Shown: piece after piece, positions 50,728 through 62,724 of the stretch | Layout of the letters: every line of letters starts with the position of its first letter | Position numbering within the stretch: position 1 is the stretch's first letter | DNA from: Mobula hypostoma | Taxonomy: Eukaryota | Length of the DNA stretch: 64,000 nt | NCBI RefSeq assembly: GCF_963921235.1 | Contig: NC_086097.1 | Coordinates: forward strand, 51,338,001 to 51,402,000 | Reading direction: 5' to 3' | Translations under genes and position numbers: made by a program | The notes under the pieces: model-generated | Seen by the model: the letters and a program-made list of their open reading frames with translations, nothing else | Database searches by the model: none | What the model was told of the DNA's origin: nothing

Positions 50728-51749
50728 CTGCAAATAAATCAAATGAAACTGATTTAATGCTAAGGAGGATCAACTTCATTCACCATATACATTTACATGT
50801 ATTACGAATTTGCTGTGGTGTGTTACTTCAACAAGCAACAAAAACATACTCAATTACAGAGAGTAAAGAATTATATAAAAATAAGGCTTGAGGTTAAAGC
50901 ATAGATATGGAATAAAATGTGTGTAAATATAGAGGGATTGATACAGAGGGCCAGAGTGAAGTAATGATGATGGCAACTCCTTTGCTTGCATCTTCAGAAA
51001 CAGCTCTATTTCTATCTTTGATATCTCTTTTTTTCCTTTTCAAGGTTCTTTTGAAGACTCTGACCTGGAGTTACACTCTCACTTCGGTTCTTTGTGGGAA
51101 TGGGACCCACTCCCTGGGCCTCACAACCGGCTGCTTTTTGATATCCCAAAGCCGCGGCCTGGAAGGCTAGCGTGTCTTTAGGGTGCCGAATTTTTGTGGC
51201 TCTGGAGATGGGCTGATTCAAGGCCAGTGCCCCTGACTGAGGCATCGTGGGAGAACATCGGGTTAGCTGCCATGGGCTGTATGTCCAGAGACCTTAGCCT
51301 TTTTGGGGCCAACTCTCTGGGTGCAGAGCTTGGAAAATATAATGCAACAGGTTTTTAACATCATAAATCAGCGAGTTGTGTGTTATGTCTCCCCTCTTGC
51401 TGTGAAATAGGGACACCTCTTTTTCCCTCATTAGGGAGAGAGGGAGCCTGTGGTATGTTGAATTACCGGGCGAACAAGTAGTCTTTGGGGTACTGCAAGT
51501 CTGTCTTTACTGATGCTTTGCTGCATGCTTGAGTGCTTAGTGGGAAGCGCTGATGCTTTTTTGCTAGTGGGGGAAGGGGAGGTCATTGTCTTGCTGCTGC
51601 TTATGCGTGGGGGGGAGGGTCTTTGGGGTTCTAACATTTTAATTTCATTCATTCTTTGGGACACTCCTGTTTTTGTGGATGTTTACAAAGAAAAGAATTT
51701 CAGGGTGTATATTGTATATATTTATCTAACATTAAATGTACCTAAATAC

Positions 51750-52885
51750 CAGCATGTGTTTACAATGTAAACAGCATTATAAAAAGTGACAAAGTTTACA
51801 GTGCAGTGATGACGGTAACAGATAGAAGGGATGGGAGGGAACGAACTAGATTGGTTTATTAGATAACTGCCTGGGGGAAGAAATTTTTTAAGATGGAGTG
51901 AAGTTTGTTTTAATAGCTCTTAGTGTTTTCCAGAAGGGAGCTTTCGGTAAAGGTAGTCTGCTGGGTGGGTAGTGTCTAAAATTTTTTCTGCCTGCTCCTT
52001 TGTCCTGGACAGATACCAGTCCTGCAGTTATGATAATCTGCAGCAAATGACCTTTTCTGCTGACCTGGCAGTTCACTGTAGTTTTTTTATATCGTGAGAG
52101 GATGCTGCACCAAAATAGTCAGTTATGGCTGATGTGAGGATGCTTCCTATGATGGGAGTGTAGAATTGCACCAGCATGCTCTACATAAGATGTACTTCTT
52201 GCCGCAGTTGGTAAAATTACATCCTTTGCATAGCTGTCCTGTTAATGAAGGAGATTCTCTCATGAAGGATGGTTCTCCCATAATGACTTGCAAAATAACA
52301 TGGCTCAGGAATCTGAATGTTGAAATGGTGCAAACTGTAAAGTTGTTGATGAATGGCTGGAGAGGAGACACATTTTTCCTGAAGTCAACATGCAACTCCT
52401 TGGTTTCGAAGGTGTTCAGTTTCACATTGTTGTGATTGTACCAGGACAGCTACCTTGTTTACTTTCTGGTGCTACTTTGATTTGTCACCTGTGGTGACTA
52501 GTCTGATTACAGTGGTGTTGTCTGCAAACTTTATCAGTTTGACTGATAGCTCACTGGAGATTCCATCATTGGTGTATAGAGAAAATAGGAGAGGGGAGAG
52601 AACACATCCCTATGCTGAGTGCTGACTGAGTTAGATGTGGAGATGTGCTTGTCCAGCCTTGCATACTATCAGAGGGAAAGTTTGAAATCCACCTGCAGAT
52701 GGGACCTGGTACCTTAAGTTGGAGAGTTTCTCTTGCAGAAGCTTAAGGACTGTATTGAGGGCAAAATTGAAATTAACAAACAGAAAGGATTCTGACATGT
52801 GTACCAGAGGAGTCAAGGTGCTGTAGTATGAAGTCCAGACCAACGTTAACTGCAGCATCTACAGATCTGCTGACTCTGTACACAA
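51750..52885 (-). mobile_element. Degenerate Rex1/Babar-like RT fragment
   Basis: Reverse strand encodes broken LSPLLFSLYTND...KLIKFADNTT...LNTFETKELHVDFRK pieces. Confidence 0.65.
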
Positions 52886-53044
52886 ACTAAAATACACAGT
52901 GAAAGGAACTCAAACATTATTAGAACTAAAGGAAATGATGACTTAGAAATTTAATAGATCTTACCTCTGTTTCTGGCTCTTTGTGGACATCTAAACCTCA
53001 CACACTTTGTGAGATGGAATCTCTGTAGGCTCTTTTAGAACAAA

Positions 53045-53488
53045 TACACTCAGTGGTGAATTTATTAGGTACCTCCTGTTGTAACACGTGGCTAATGTCG
53101 TTACTGTCGATTTCCTGTCAGTTTGAACCAGTCTGACTATTTTCCTCTGATCTCATTCACAAGGCATTTTTGCCCATAGAACTGCTCACTGGAATTTTTT
53201 TGTTTTTTTTTTGCACCAATCTCTTTAAACTCTAGAGACTATTGTGCTTGACAATTCCTGGCAATCAGCAGATTCTGAGACACTGAAACCACCCCATCTG
53301 GCACCAATAATTATTAAGCGGTCAAAGTCAGTAAGATTACACTCCTTCCCCATTATGATGTTTGTTCTGAACAAATGAACCTCTTGAGCATGTCTGCATG
53401 CTTTTGTGCATTGAGTTGCTGTCACATGATTGGCTGATTAAATATTTGCATTAACGAGCAGATATATCCAATAAAGTGGCCACTGAGA
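53045..53488 (-). mobile_element. Non-autonomous Tc1-like element
   Basis: Imperfect TIRs TACACTCAGTGG...TTTATT / AATAAAGTGGCCACTGAG; minus strand has a transposase N-terminal remnant (MGKECNLTDFDR..IIGARWGGFSVSE). Confidence 0.7.
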
Positions 53489-53758
53489 AGAACAGACAAA
53501 AAAGAGTTTGCTCGGCTTTCCTGGCAAAGTGAATGTCTGTTCTTTTTGCCTGCTATTTCTTCTGAAATAGCATACAGATATTACATCTCATAATGTGTGT
53601 GAGGCTTAGATGTCCATGAATGCTTCCCGTGTCATTTGAATCATGATAATCCAAGCATGCATTGACAATTTCCTTGTGTCAAAGACAGTACAGTCATATC
53701 AGAAGAAGCTGATGCTTTGATCAGGGTAGATGATACAAGTTCAAAAGGGCACCTCTTT

Positions 53759-54927
53759 TGTTGCAACAGGGCATTTGGAAGCAGACCCAAGAGCAGGACA
53801 CAGATTTGTAAGAAGCATTTACAGAAGTGTGTTTATTAATAGTTGCCAGGAAAGCCGGGGAGCGAGGATAGAATGCTTACGCGGACGAGGATGCAGGACA
53901 ACAAACAGGAGGAGCTCAGACACGGAGCCTGGACTTGGACACGGATCCTGGACTTGGACTTGGACTTGGAGATGGAGCCTGGACTTAAGTCTTCGACCTG
54001 GAGCCTGGACTTGGACTTGGACACAGACACAGAGCCTGGACTTGAACTTGAATTCGGACATGGAGCCTGGACTTGGACTTGGAGCGTGGACTTGGACCCG
54101 AAGCCTGGACTTGGACTTGGACTCAGACTTGGACCTGGAGCCTGGACTTGGATTTGGACACGGAGATACAGAATACCTAACTCGGAGTAGCGGCAAACGG
54201 CCGGACCTACTCAGCTGGAAACGGAGCGACCAAACCAAACAACAACAGACAATCCATATCTTGACACGGAGTAGCACATGAAGCAGCCAACGGACGGCAA
54301 TCACTCAGCTGGACACGCAGAGACAGAATTTCCAACTCGGAGTAGCGGCAAACGGTTGGACCTACTCAGCTGGAAACAAGATGACTAACCCAACCAATGA
54401 CTGACAATACGAAACTTGACATGGAGTAGCTCATGAAGCGGCAAATGTCTGGCAATCACTTAGCTGGACACGAAGAGACAGAATTCCCAACTCGGAGTGG
54501 CGGCAAACAGCCTGACCGACTCAGCTGGAAATCAGATGACAAAAACCAAACAATGACAGTCCGTTTGTATCTTGGCTCGGAGTGGCGACAATCGGCCAGC
54601 AATCTTAGCCAGTCATGAAAACGACAAAATTCGCATCTTGACTCGGAGTAGCGGCAAAACGGCCAACAACTCAGCTGGACACGAAAACGACTGAATTCAC
54701 TAAGCAGCCACAGGCACTGAAGCAACTTAGAGTCCATGATTCTCGGCGGCTCCAGGATGAGCATAGCCGCACTGGCTATGGTGATGAACCAGCAATGAGT
54801 AGATGTAAGCCGGAGTTTTTATGCTGCTGGTTCGAATGAGGATCAGGTGCCCTACTCAAGGAGCCCAGTGGAACACGGGGAAAAGGAAATTAACTGAAAT
54901 AAGTAGTCAACGGACTGGACAGTGACA
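53759..54927 (-). mobile_element. Solo LTR-like element related to 56680-58093, with different internal repeats
   Basis: Minus strand starts TGTCACTGTCCAGTCCGT and ends CTTGGGTCTG...GCAACA, matching both ends of the other element; AATAAA on minus near 53833; no TSD seen. Confidence 0.65.
53922..54690. repeat. (GGACTT)n/GGAGCCT array followed by a longer unit repeated about 3.5 times
   Basis: 53922-54160 hexamer-based array; ACTCGGAGT.GCGGCAAAC...ACTCAGCTGGA recurs near 54180, 54335, 54490 and 54640. Confidence 0.88.
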
Positions 54928-54929
54928 TA

Positions 54930-55632
54930 AATAAGGGATGGGTGAGAACGGGAGGAGGTGCATTAATGGAAGTTAGAGAAATCAACGTTCATGCCATCAG
55001 GTCGGAGGCTGCCCAGACGGAATATAAGGTGTTGTTCCTCCACCCTGAGTGTGGCTTCATCTTGACAGTAGAGAAGGCCAAGGATAAACATATCAGAATG
55101 GGAATAGCACACGGAATTAAAATGTGTGGCCACTGGGAGATCCTGCTTTGACATATCAGAATGGGAATGGGACGTAGAATTAAAATGTGTGGGACATATC
55201 AGAATGGAAATGGTTCTCACCCCATCCCTTATTTAATTATTATTTTTTTCCTTTTTTTCCCCTCTCTCTGTCCCTCTCACAATTACTCCTGCTCTCCAAC
55301 TTCCTTTGGCACTCCCCACCCCCTTTCTTTCTCCCTAGACCTCCCGTCCCATGATCCTCTCCCTTCTCCAGCCTTGTATCCCTTTTGCCAATCAACTTTC
55401 CAGCTCTTAGCTCTATCCCTCCCCCTCCTGTCTTCTCCTATCATTTCGGATCTCCCCCTCCCCCTCCCCCTCCCACTTTCAAATCTCTTACTAACTCTTC
55501 CTTCAGTTAGTCCTGATGAAGGGTCTTGGCCTGAAACGTCGACTGTCCCTCTTCCTATAGATGCTGCCTGGCCTACTGCATTCACTAGCATTTTGCGTGT
55601 GTTGCTTGAATTTCCAGCATATTTCCTCGCGT
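54930..55632. mobile_element. Penelope-like fragments (minus ~54930-55210, plus ~55212-55632)
   Basis: Minus strand LPVATHFNS...EEQHLIFRLGSLRPDGMN; plus strand pyrimidine-rich 3' region with the hammerhead-like motif. Confidence 0.8.
55509..55544 (+). ncRNA. Minimal type I hammerhead ribozyme-like motif
   Basis: AGUC-CUGAUGA-AGGGUCUUGGCCU-GAAAC-GUC-GACU. Confidence 0.7.
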
Positions 55633-55818
55633 AACCATTTCTGTTGTTACTTTTCCCAAGGCATTAACAGTGTCATTGCTTACTCTTTCTAAAGCTACAG
55701 CAACATTTTAATCTCTCTTGTACTCCATGCAACACCATAAAATGGGAATAAAATGTATGCAAAATGATCTCCTTCTGAAATGTCTTGTTTACTTCTAGTC
55801 TCGCGAGGTAAAGGTAAC

Positions 55819-55862
55819 GTGTGTGTGTGAGTGTGTGAGTGTGTGTGTGTGTGTGTGTGTGT
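55819..55862. repeat. Interrupted (TG)n microsatellite
   Basis: Directly visible. Confidence 0.95.
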
Positions 55863-56019
55863 CTCATAGCAGGGAAAACATACAACAAATAACAAGATTC
55901 TAACCAATTATGTGTCAGAAAGGTATAAGCACTATTCTGCACATAAAATACATATTATTCTATGAACTTAGACCATTTCTTATTACTAGACAGGAGCTTT
56001 GTTTAATTGTAATATTTTA

Positions 56020-56679
56020 AAATATTTTTAAATTTTTTATTTATTACTAACAAACGAACCAAAAAAACACAAAACACACAACCATAGCAAAATCAAATTA
56101 AATACTGAGCAGCAAAAGAGAGAAAAATATAAAGGCAAAAGTAAATATACAGGCAGAGGCGCACCACATCAAAAAACCTCAATCCTCACCTTGTAAGAAA
56201 GCCAATACAGGGCCCCATATCCTTTCAAAGATGTCCCCCCTGTCATCATTACATAGTCTCAGTCTCTCCAAATGTAAAGTATTTGCCAGTTCTCTCAGCC
56301 ACAGACCGTACATATGCACAGAGTCCATTTTCCACACTTGCAGGATTACCTTCTTAGCAATCACCATTCCAAACAATACAGCCGCTTTTTCATACATATT
56401 GGCTGAAGATAGGAAGCTTGTTGCTCCAAATATTTTTCTAATGGATATCGTCAATGAAAATTCCAAAGTCATTACCCCATTTTGGACAATGTAAAGTTTA
56501 ACTGTATGAAATATGCCCTATTGGTATGATATCTTCTGAACTGTAGCAAAAGGGAGCTTTTATAGTGAACACATGAAAAGACTTAAGCTTTTTCATTGAA
56601 CATTAGATGCTGATACAGAGATATTCCAGGATAAGATACGAGTAGGGTCAGATATTATATGTTTCCCTAAATCATGCTC
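56020..56679 (-). mobile_element. Old L1-clade 3' fragment (probably continues 58098-58300)
   Basis: AKKVILQVWK...LHLERLR...IFERIWGP parallels the C-terminus of the young L1 ORF2 (AKRCILQHWK...LNLEKIR...FEQIWGP). Confidence 0.7.
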
Positions 56680-58093
56680 TGTCATGGTCCAGTCCGTGAA
56701 GTCCGTATTCTGGTTCACAGTCCGGTCCATCGATCCTTGCCCCAGGTTTTCCTGTCTACCCTGTTTCTGTTCTTCTTGAGCTAAGTGAGGCAGCTGATGC
56801 TTGTTGGGGCTGGTTGCACAAATAGCTTCAGAGACCCAGGTGTGGCTGCTGGATTGTTCTTGTCCTTACTCCTTGTATCCCTTCCTCTGCCTCCTGTTTC
56901 CTTGCCTGTAGCCCTGCCTTGTCTTGCCGGTAACTCTCGCCTCGCCTGGAGTTTTCGTCTCACCTTGCTTTGCCAGAAGCCTTGCTTTGTCTTGCCAGTA
57001 ACTCTCGCCTCACCTGAAGTTCTCGTCTTGCCTTGCATTGCCTGAAGTCTTGCCTTGTCTTGTTGGTATCTCTCGCCTCGTCTCGCCTGCAGTCTTGTCC
57101 TGGAGCCACCCTGTACCTAGCTCCCTTTCTGTCCCTTGCCTCAGCCGGGTAAGCCAGGCCGTCTCGCCGTTACCTGCGGTTGGTTCTGTGCCTTCCTGTC
57201 CCATGCCTCCGTCGGGTGGTGATCTGCACTCTGCCCAGGAGTACCGTGCCCTGCCCCGGAGGAGCCTGCCTAGCCTCGAGCCTGAAGATTCCAGCCTCCT
57301 GCCTAGCCTTGAGCCTGAAGACTGCAGCCTCCTGCCTAGCCTCGAGCCTGAAGACTGCAGCCTCCTGCCTAGCCTCGAGCCTGAAGACTGCAGCCTCCTG
57401 CCTAGCCTCGAGACTGAAGACTGCAGCCTCCTGCCTAGCCTCACCTCAAGCCTCCAGCCTCCTGACAAGCCTCGCCTCAAGTCTCCAGCCTCCTGCCAAA
57501 CCTCACCTCGTCTCCAGCCTCCTGCCAAGCCTCGCCTCGTCTCCAGCCTCCTGCCAAGCCTCGCCTCAAGTCTCCAGCCTCCTGCCAAACCTCGCCTCAA
57601 GTCTCCAGCCTCCTGCCAAGCCTCGCCTCAAGTCTCCAGCCTCCAGCCAAGCCTCGCCTCAAGTCTCCAGCCTCCTGCCAAGCCTTGCCTCGTCTCCAGC
57701 CTCCTGCCAAGCCTTGCCTCATCTCCAGCCTCCTGCCAAGCCTTGCCTCGTCTCCATCCTCCTGCCAAGCCTCGCTTCAAGCCTTGCCTCAAGTCTCCTG
57801 CCAAGCCTCGTCTCAAGCCTCCAAGTCTCCAGCCTCATCCTGCCTGTCAGCCAAGCCTCGTCCTTGCCTAGTTCTGGGGTCTGAGCCAGAGGCAAGACCC
57901 AGGCACTGGGTCCTTGTCCAGTCTCTGGCTCGGAGTCCAAGCCCGGGCTCCTAGCTCTTTTGTCCAGTCCTGTTCCAGGTTCCTGGTTTTCTTGTCCATG
58001 TTCTTGCCATCGCCCTGTATCCTAGTCCTGTCCCTACTACTTCAGTGTCTGTGTCTTGCACTTGGGTCTGTTCCTAGCCACCTCCATATGACA
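56680..58093 (+). mobile_element. Solo LTR-like element with internal minisatellites
   Basis: Termini TGTCAT...ATGACA; 4-bp TSD GCTC (56676-56679, 58094-58097); interrupts an old L1 fragment. Confidence 0.8.
57262..57860. repeat. Compound minisatellite: ~5 x 33 bp, then ~12 x 28-31 bp
   Basis: Units AGCCTCGAGCCTGAAGACTGCAGCCTCCTGCCT and CAAGCCTCGCCTC(AA)GTCTCCAGCCTCCTGC. Confidence 0.92.
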
Positions 58094-58569
58094 GCTCATT
58101 ATATTTACATAAATGATTCAATTTAATATGGTATGTGGGGAGGGGGATATTGTATATTAATATCTCCCCTGAGAATAATGAACCATTGGCATATTGTCAC
58201 CATTGCCATTGCTGGATTGTTTAATAAACAGGGCACAAGTTTGTTCTGGATCTGTTGGAATGCCTAACAGTATTTCGAATTGTGGTATAATAGCATCGCA
58301 AATTCATTTGATACTCACAAGTACACATTATGAGACATTTCAACTGGCACATTGTGAGTAAGGAAAATTGGCAAAAATATAACAACAAACAATATTGGAA
58401 TCAACTTCATAATGTCCAGTAATTGTTGACTTTGTTCGAAGTCTTCTGGCTGGTTAGTGATTTGCTCACTGTAGCCCACCAGTGTAGGCACTGAGTCAAG
58501 AGGTTACTACACTAGCATGTTAACCTCACATTTATTGTACTCGCTGGGTACCACTTTAGCTCAGTTGCA

Positions 58570-60385
58570 ATGGCTGGCATTCATCCACTTCTACTTTCAC
58601 CACTGAGATGGTAATTAACAGCACTTGATTGAGCTCCCAGTGGTTCCTGATGTGGCTTCTTAATCAGGACCCACTCACCAGGAATCAGGGTGTGTCTCTC
58701 CAAGCAGCAGAAACTTGCTGAGAAGCAGACTAGATAGTTTGAGTTACTTTCACATAGTAGATAACTAAATTGTTCCTTGATGTGTATGTCAGCCACTCTG
58801 AGATAGAGGGCTCCCAGCAGTGACACAGGACATCCTGTTATCACTTCGAATGGACTTAATTTGACTTTCTTGTTTTAAATTGCTCTGATGCTACATAAGA
58901 CCATAGGAAGAGCTGTAGGTCATGGTATACCTTATTTCCTTTCTTTTTGGCGTGTGTCTGCGTGCGTGCAGCTGCGTGCGCGTGCGTGATGATGGATTTT
59001 TCATGGCTTTTTCCAAGGCGCAGAGCGAGAGAGAGACTGTGGCGTGCCACTCCCCACACAGACACTTTCGCAGCATTTTTTCCCTCTGTTTTATGAGGTC
59101 AAGTTGCGGTCTCAACACTCAACCCAGCACAGATGGAAAATGTGCTCGGGGGCAGACCCGACTAGTTTTGAACCTGGGAACCTCCGCTCCCGGGTCCAGC
59201 GCCGATGTCGTTGCACCACCAGCCAGCCCAAGTATAGCTTATTTCTGATACTTAATCTTTGTTTGATGGTTCCATTCATTTGTTTGACTTGTTCTGATGA
59301 CTCCTGGTGATGTGGACAATGAAAACACCATTCAGTGTTCTTTCGTCAACATGATTCCTGACCAAACACTCCCAGTGAAATGCGTTCTTTGTCAGATTCA
59401 ATATGACATGGCAATCTCAATACAGTCCTTGATCAGAGTTTTTGTTGTACGTATGTGGCAATGGCTTTCCTTGCTGGAATAGCTTCCACCAATCTTGAAA
59501 ACTTGTCCGCTAATACTGGTAGCCTTGACACTTCTGCAAATAAATAAAGTCCACTTGTAAGTGTAAAAATGGACCAGCTGGGGCAGAAGCACTAAATTGT
59601 AGTAACTTTTCTGCTGCTATATATTTGTTTTCTGACATGTTATGCATCTTTCAAACATTTGTTGAGCTTGTGCCCTGAACTTTGGATTCCATCACCATTG
59701 GAAAAATCTGTCAAACATTTTTTGCACATCAATATGTCCTAAGAAGTAGATCAGCTATGCCTGATAAAGAAGTAACATACGTTTGTAGTTGGAGCTACTA
59801 GACTATGACTAGTATATCTCCAAACCCCATTACTGCTTAACTTTCTCCATTCAAAACCTCTTTTCCTGATTGGGGCATTGAGCTTGCTTTGTTTGAATAT
59901 CTTCTATGTACGTTTGTGCATAATAGAGTTTAACTCCTTTTCTATAATTCTAGTCGTTGGGCTCTTGGTACTTATTTTATGTTTTTTACTTCTTCCTGTG
60001 CTGTCCATTTTGCAATTTCATCTGCGAATGCATTTCCACAGCTTTCCATTGTAGTTATTTTGGAGTGGCTTTGAGATTTTAATACAACAACTTCTGACAC
60101 CAGTTGTATGACACCCATAATGTTCATGTACTAGTTGGCCATTCTTGATAGGGGTTCCTACTGCCATAAGCAATCCTGTTTGTCTCCATAGGTTTCCAAA
60201 GTTATGAACAACAAAAACATACCGAGAGTCAGTGTAGGTATTAGCTGATCTTCCTTCTGCCAGCTTGTAGGCTTCAATCAAAGCCTTTAGTTCTGCCCGT
60301 TGCGCTGAGGTGTCAGGAGCCATGCTTCCTGATGCCAGCACTTCAGTTCCGGAGACCACAGCCCATCCAACCATTCAAATTCCCC
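58570..60385 (-). pseudogene. Decayed retrovirus-like pol (RNase H, integrase)
   Basis: SAQRAELKAL...NTYTDSRY...WRQTGLL...GTPIKNG (RNase H); GHIDVQKM...W*WNP...RCITCQKTN (zinc finger); GPFLHLQVDFI...DKFSRLVEAIP (IN core); PGEWVLIKK and ASHC (IN C-terminus). Stops and frameshifts throughout. Confidence 0.8.
58945..59228 (-). mobile_element. tRNA-derived SINE related to 16431-16690, inserted in the ERV-like remnant
   Basis: Shared body (CAAGGCGCAG, CCACTCC.C.CACAGACA, CAACCC.GC.C.GATGGA, GGGAACCTCCG); B-box GGTTCAAAAC; (CACG)n tail. Confidence 0.75.
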
Positions 60386-60401
60386 TCATTCATTGAGGAA
60401 C

Positions 60402-61910
60402 CATAAGACATAGGAGCAGAATTAAGCCATTGGCCCATTGAGTCTGCTCCACCATTCAATTATGGCTGATCCTTTTTTTTCCCACCCTTTTCAGCCCCAT
60501 GCCCTGGCCTTCTCCCCATAACCTGTGATGCCATGTCCAATCAAGAACCTAATAAGCTCTGCCTTAAATACACCCAATGGCCTTGCCTCCACAGCTGCCT
60601 GTGGTAACAAATTCACCACCTTCTGTCTAATGAAATTTCTTCTCATCTTGGTTTTAAATGGACGCCCCTCTATCCTGAGACTGTGCCCTTTTGTCCTAGA
60701 CTCCCCCACCATGGGAAACATCCTTTTCACGTCTACTCTGTCTAAGCGTTTCAATATTTGAAAGCTTTCAATGAGATCACCCTTCATCCTTCTAAATTCC
60801 AGCAAGTACAGTCCCAGAGCCATCAAATGTTCCTTGTATGATAACCAGAGTCATCCTTATGAACCTCCTCAGACCCCTCTCCAATGCCAGCACATCTTTT
60901 CTTGGATGAGGAGCCCACAACTGTTCATAATACTCAAGGCAAGGCCTCACAAATGCCTTATAAAGCTTTGGCATCGCAGCCCTGCTCCTGTATTCTGGAC
61001 CTCTTGAAATGAATGCTAACCGTTAGGTTGTTCTGCACAAGGACTCTCAAGTCCCTTTGCATCTCAGATTTTTGGTTTTTCTCCCTGCTTATAAAATAGT
61101 CTGCACATTTATTTCTACTACAAAATGCATGGCCATGCATTTTCAACTTTGCATTTTATTTGCCACTTTCTAGCCCATTCTCCTAATCTGTCTGTCCCTC
61201 TGCAGCCTATCTGTTTCTTCAACACTACTTGCCCTCGTCCAATCTTTGTACCATCTGCAAACTTGGCAAAAAAGCCATCTTTTCCATCATCTAAATTATT
61301 GATAAGCAGCACAAATAGAACTGGTCCTAACACTGACCCCTGTGGAACACCACTAGTCACTGGCAGCCAACCAGACAAGGATCCTTTTATTTCTACCCGT
61401 TCTCTCCTACCAATCAGCCAATGCTCTAACCATGCTAGTAACCTTCCTGTAATACATTGAGCTCTTAACTTAGTAAGCAACCTCATGTGTGGCACCTTGT
61501 CAAATGCCTTCTGAAAGTTCAAATGTACAATATCCACTGCATCCCCTTTATCTATCCTACTTGTAATCTCCTCAATTAAATCCCAACAGGTTCGTCAGAC
61601 AAGATTTTCCCTTAAGGAAACCATGCTGACTTTGTCCTATCTTGTCCTGAGTCACCAAGTCCTCCATAACCTCATCCTTTACAATTGACTCCAACATCTT
61701 CCCAGCCACTGAGGTCAGGCTAACTGGTCTATAGTTTCCTTTTTGTTGCCTTCTTCCTTTCTTAGAGTGCAGTGACATATGCAATTTTCCAGTCCTCTGG
61801 CACCATGCCTGAGTCCAATGATTTTTGAAAGATCATTACTAATGCCTCCACAATCTCTACTGCTACTTCTTTCAGAACCTTAGGGTGCAGTTCATCTGGT
61901 CTGTGTGCCT
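60402..61910 (-). mobile_element. CR1 LINE fragment
   Basis: GNYRPVSLTSV, KSCLTNL, FQKAFDKVPH, SGVPQGSVLGP, AKFAD; frameshifted. Confidence 0.88.
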
Positions 61911-62724
61911 TTGGTCTCACATACTCCATTTTGTGCTCCACTGCTTTATTTATTTATTTTTTTAAATGCTCTACTAGTTTGCATACTTAATCTGTGCTAT
62001 ACCGGTTTGCCTGTGGCTCCAGCAGCTTGTATTTTGTTTTTACAAATGTTTTTTTCAAAATAGCAACACAGTAGTTTCCTCAATCATACTTCTACCTGAT
62101 GATGTATTGAAGCCAGAGCTAGGTTTTCTCTCAGACAGTTTGAAATGGAGGAAGCTCATGTGTCCTTTGTGCGCTAAACATTTCTTACTTTGTCTGCAAT
62201 TCTTCAAGGTCTTTAAAACTTCATAATTGTGCTTGCCGACTATACCAATTGTTGGATTTTGAAGTTTTTAATCCAAGGTTCTTTCAGAAGTCAGGAAAAA
62301 GGCACAAAAGTTGTTGCTTCACTATCATTTTATTAAGTGTTAACAGAACAAAGAGAGTTGGAAAATGGACAACCTACTAACTGAAGGGAGGGAGAGTGAA
62401 AAGGAAAAGGCTGAAGTCAAAATACAGTGCTCAATGTGGAGCAGCACACAGTACTGTGTATAATAACATACAATACTATGCAAAAGTATTAGGCACATAT
62501 TTATAGCTAGGGTACCTAACACTGTTGAACAACACTTATACAGTAATTTTATGTATTGCACTATACAGCTGCTGCAAAAAAATCATTACATCTGTGTGTG
62601 ATGATAAATCTGATTCTGACTTGGGTCTCTATTGTAAACTGAGGTGGGAAGGAGGCAGGGAGAGGGGGGATCATTGTTGCGGAAGAGGGGAAGGAGCGGG
62701 AAGCACTAGACAGGCATTCTGTAA

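Noticed and set aside
53730..54304. ORFs with WTWT / LDLD / KSKS repeats
   Set aside because: Translations of the GGACTT hexamer array.
53922..57860. Repeat arrays as possible CRISPR
   Set aside because: Eukaryotic context, no unique spacers between repeats, no cas genes.
57010..57954. Long overlapping ORFs (277, 234, 196 aa) with SLEPEDCSLLP-type repeats
   Set aside because: Open in several frames on both strands because the minisatellite lacks stops; inside an LTR-like element.
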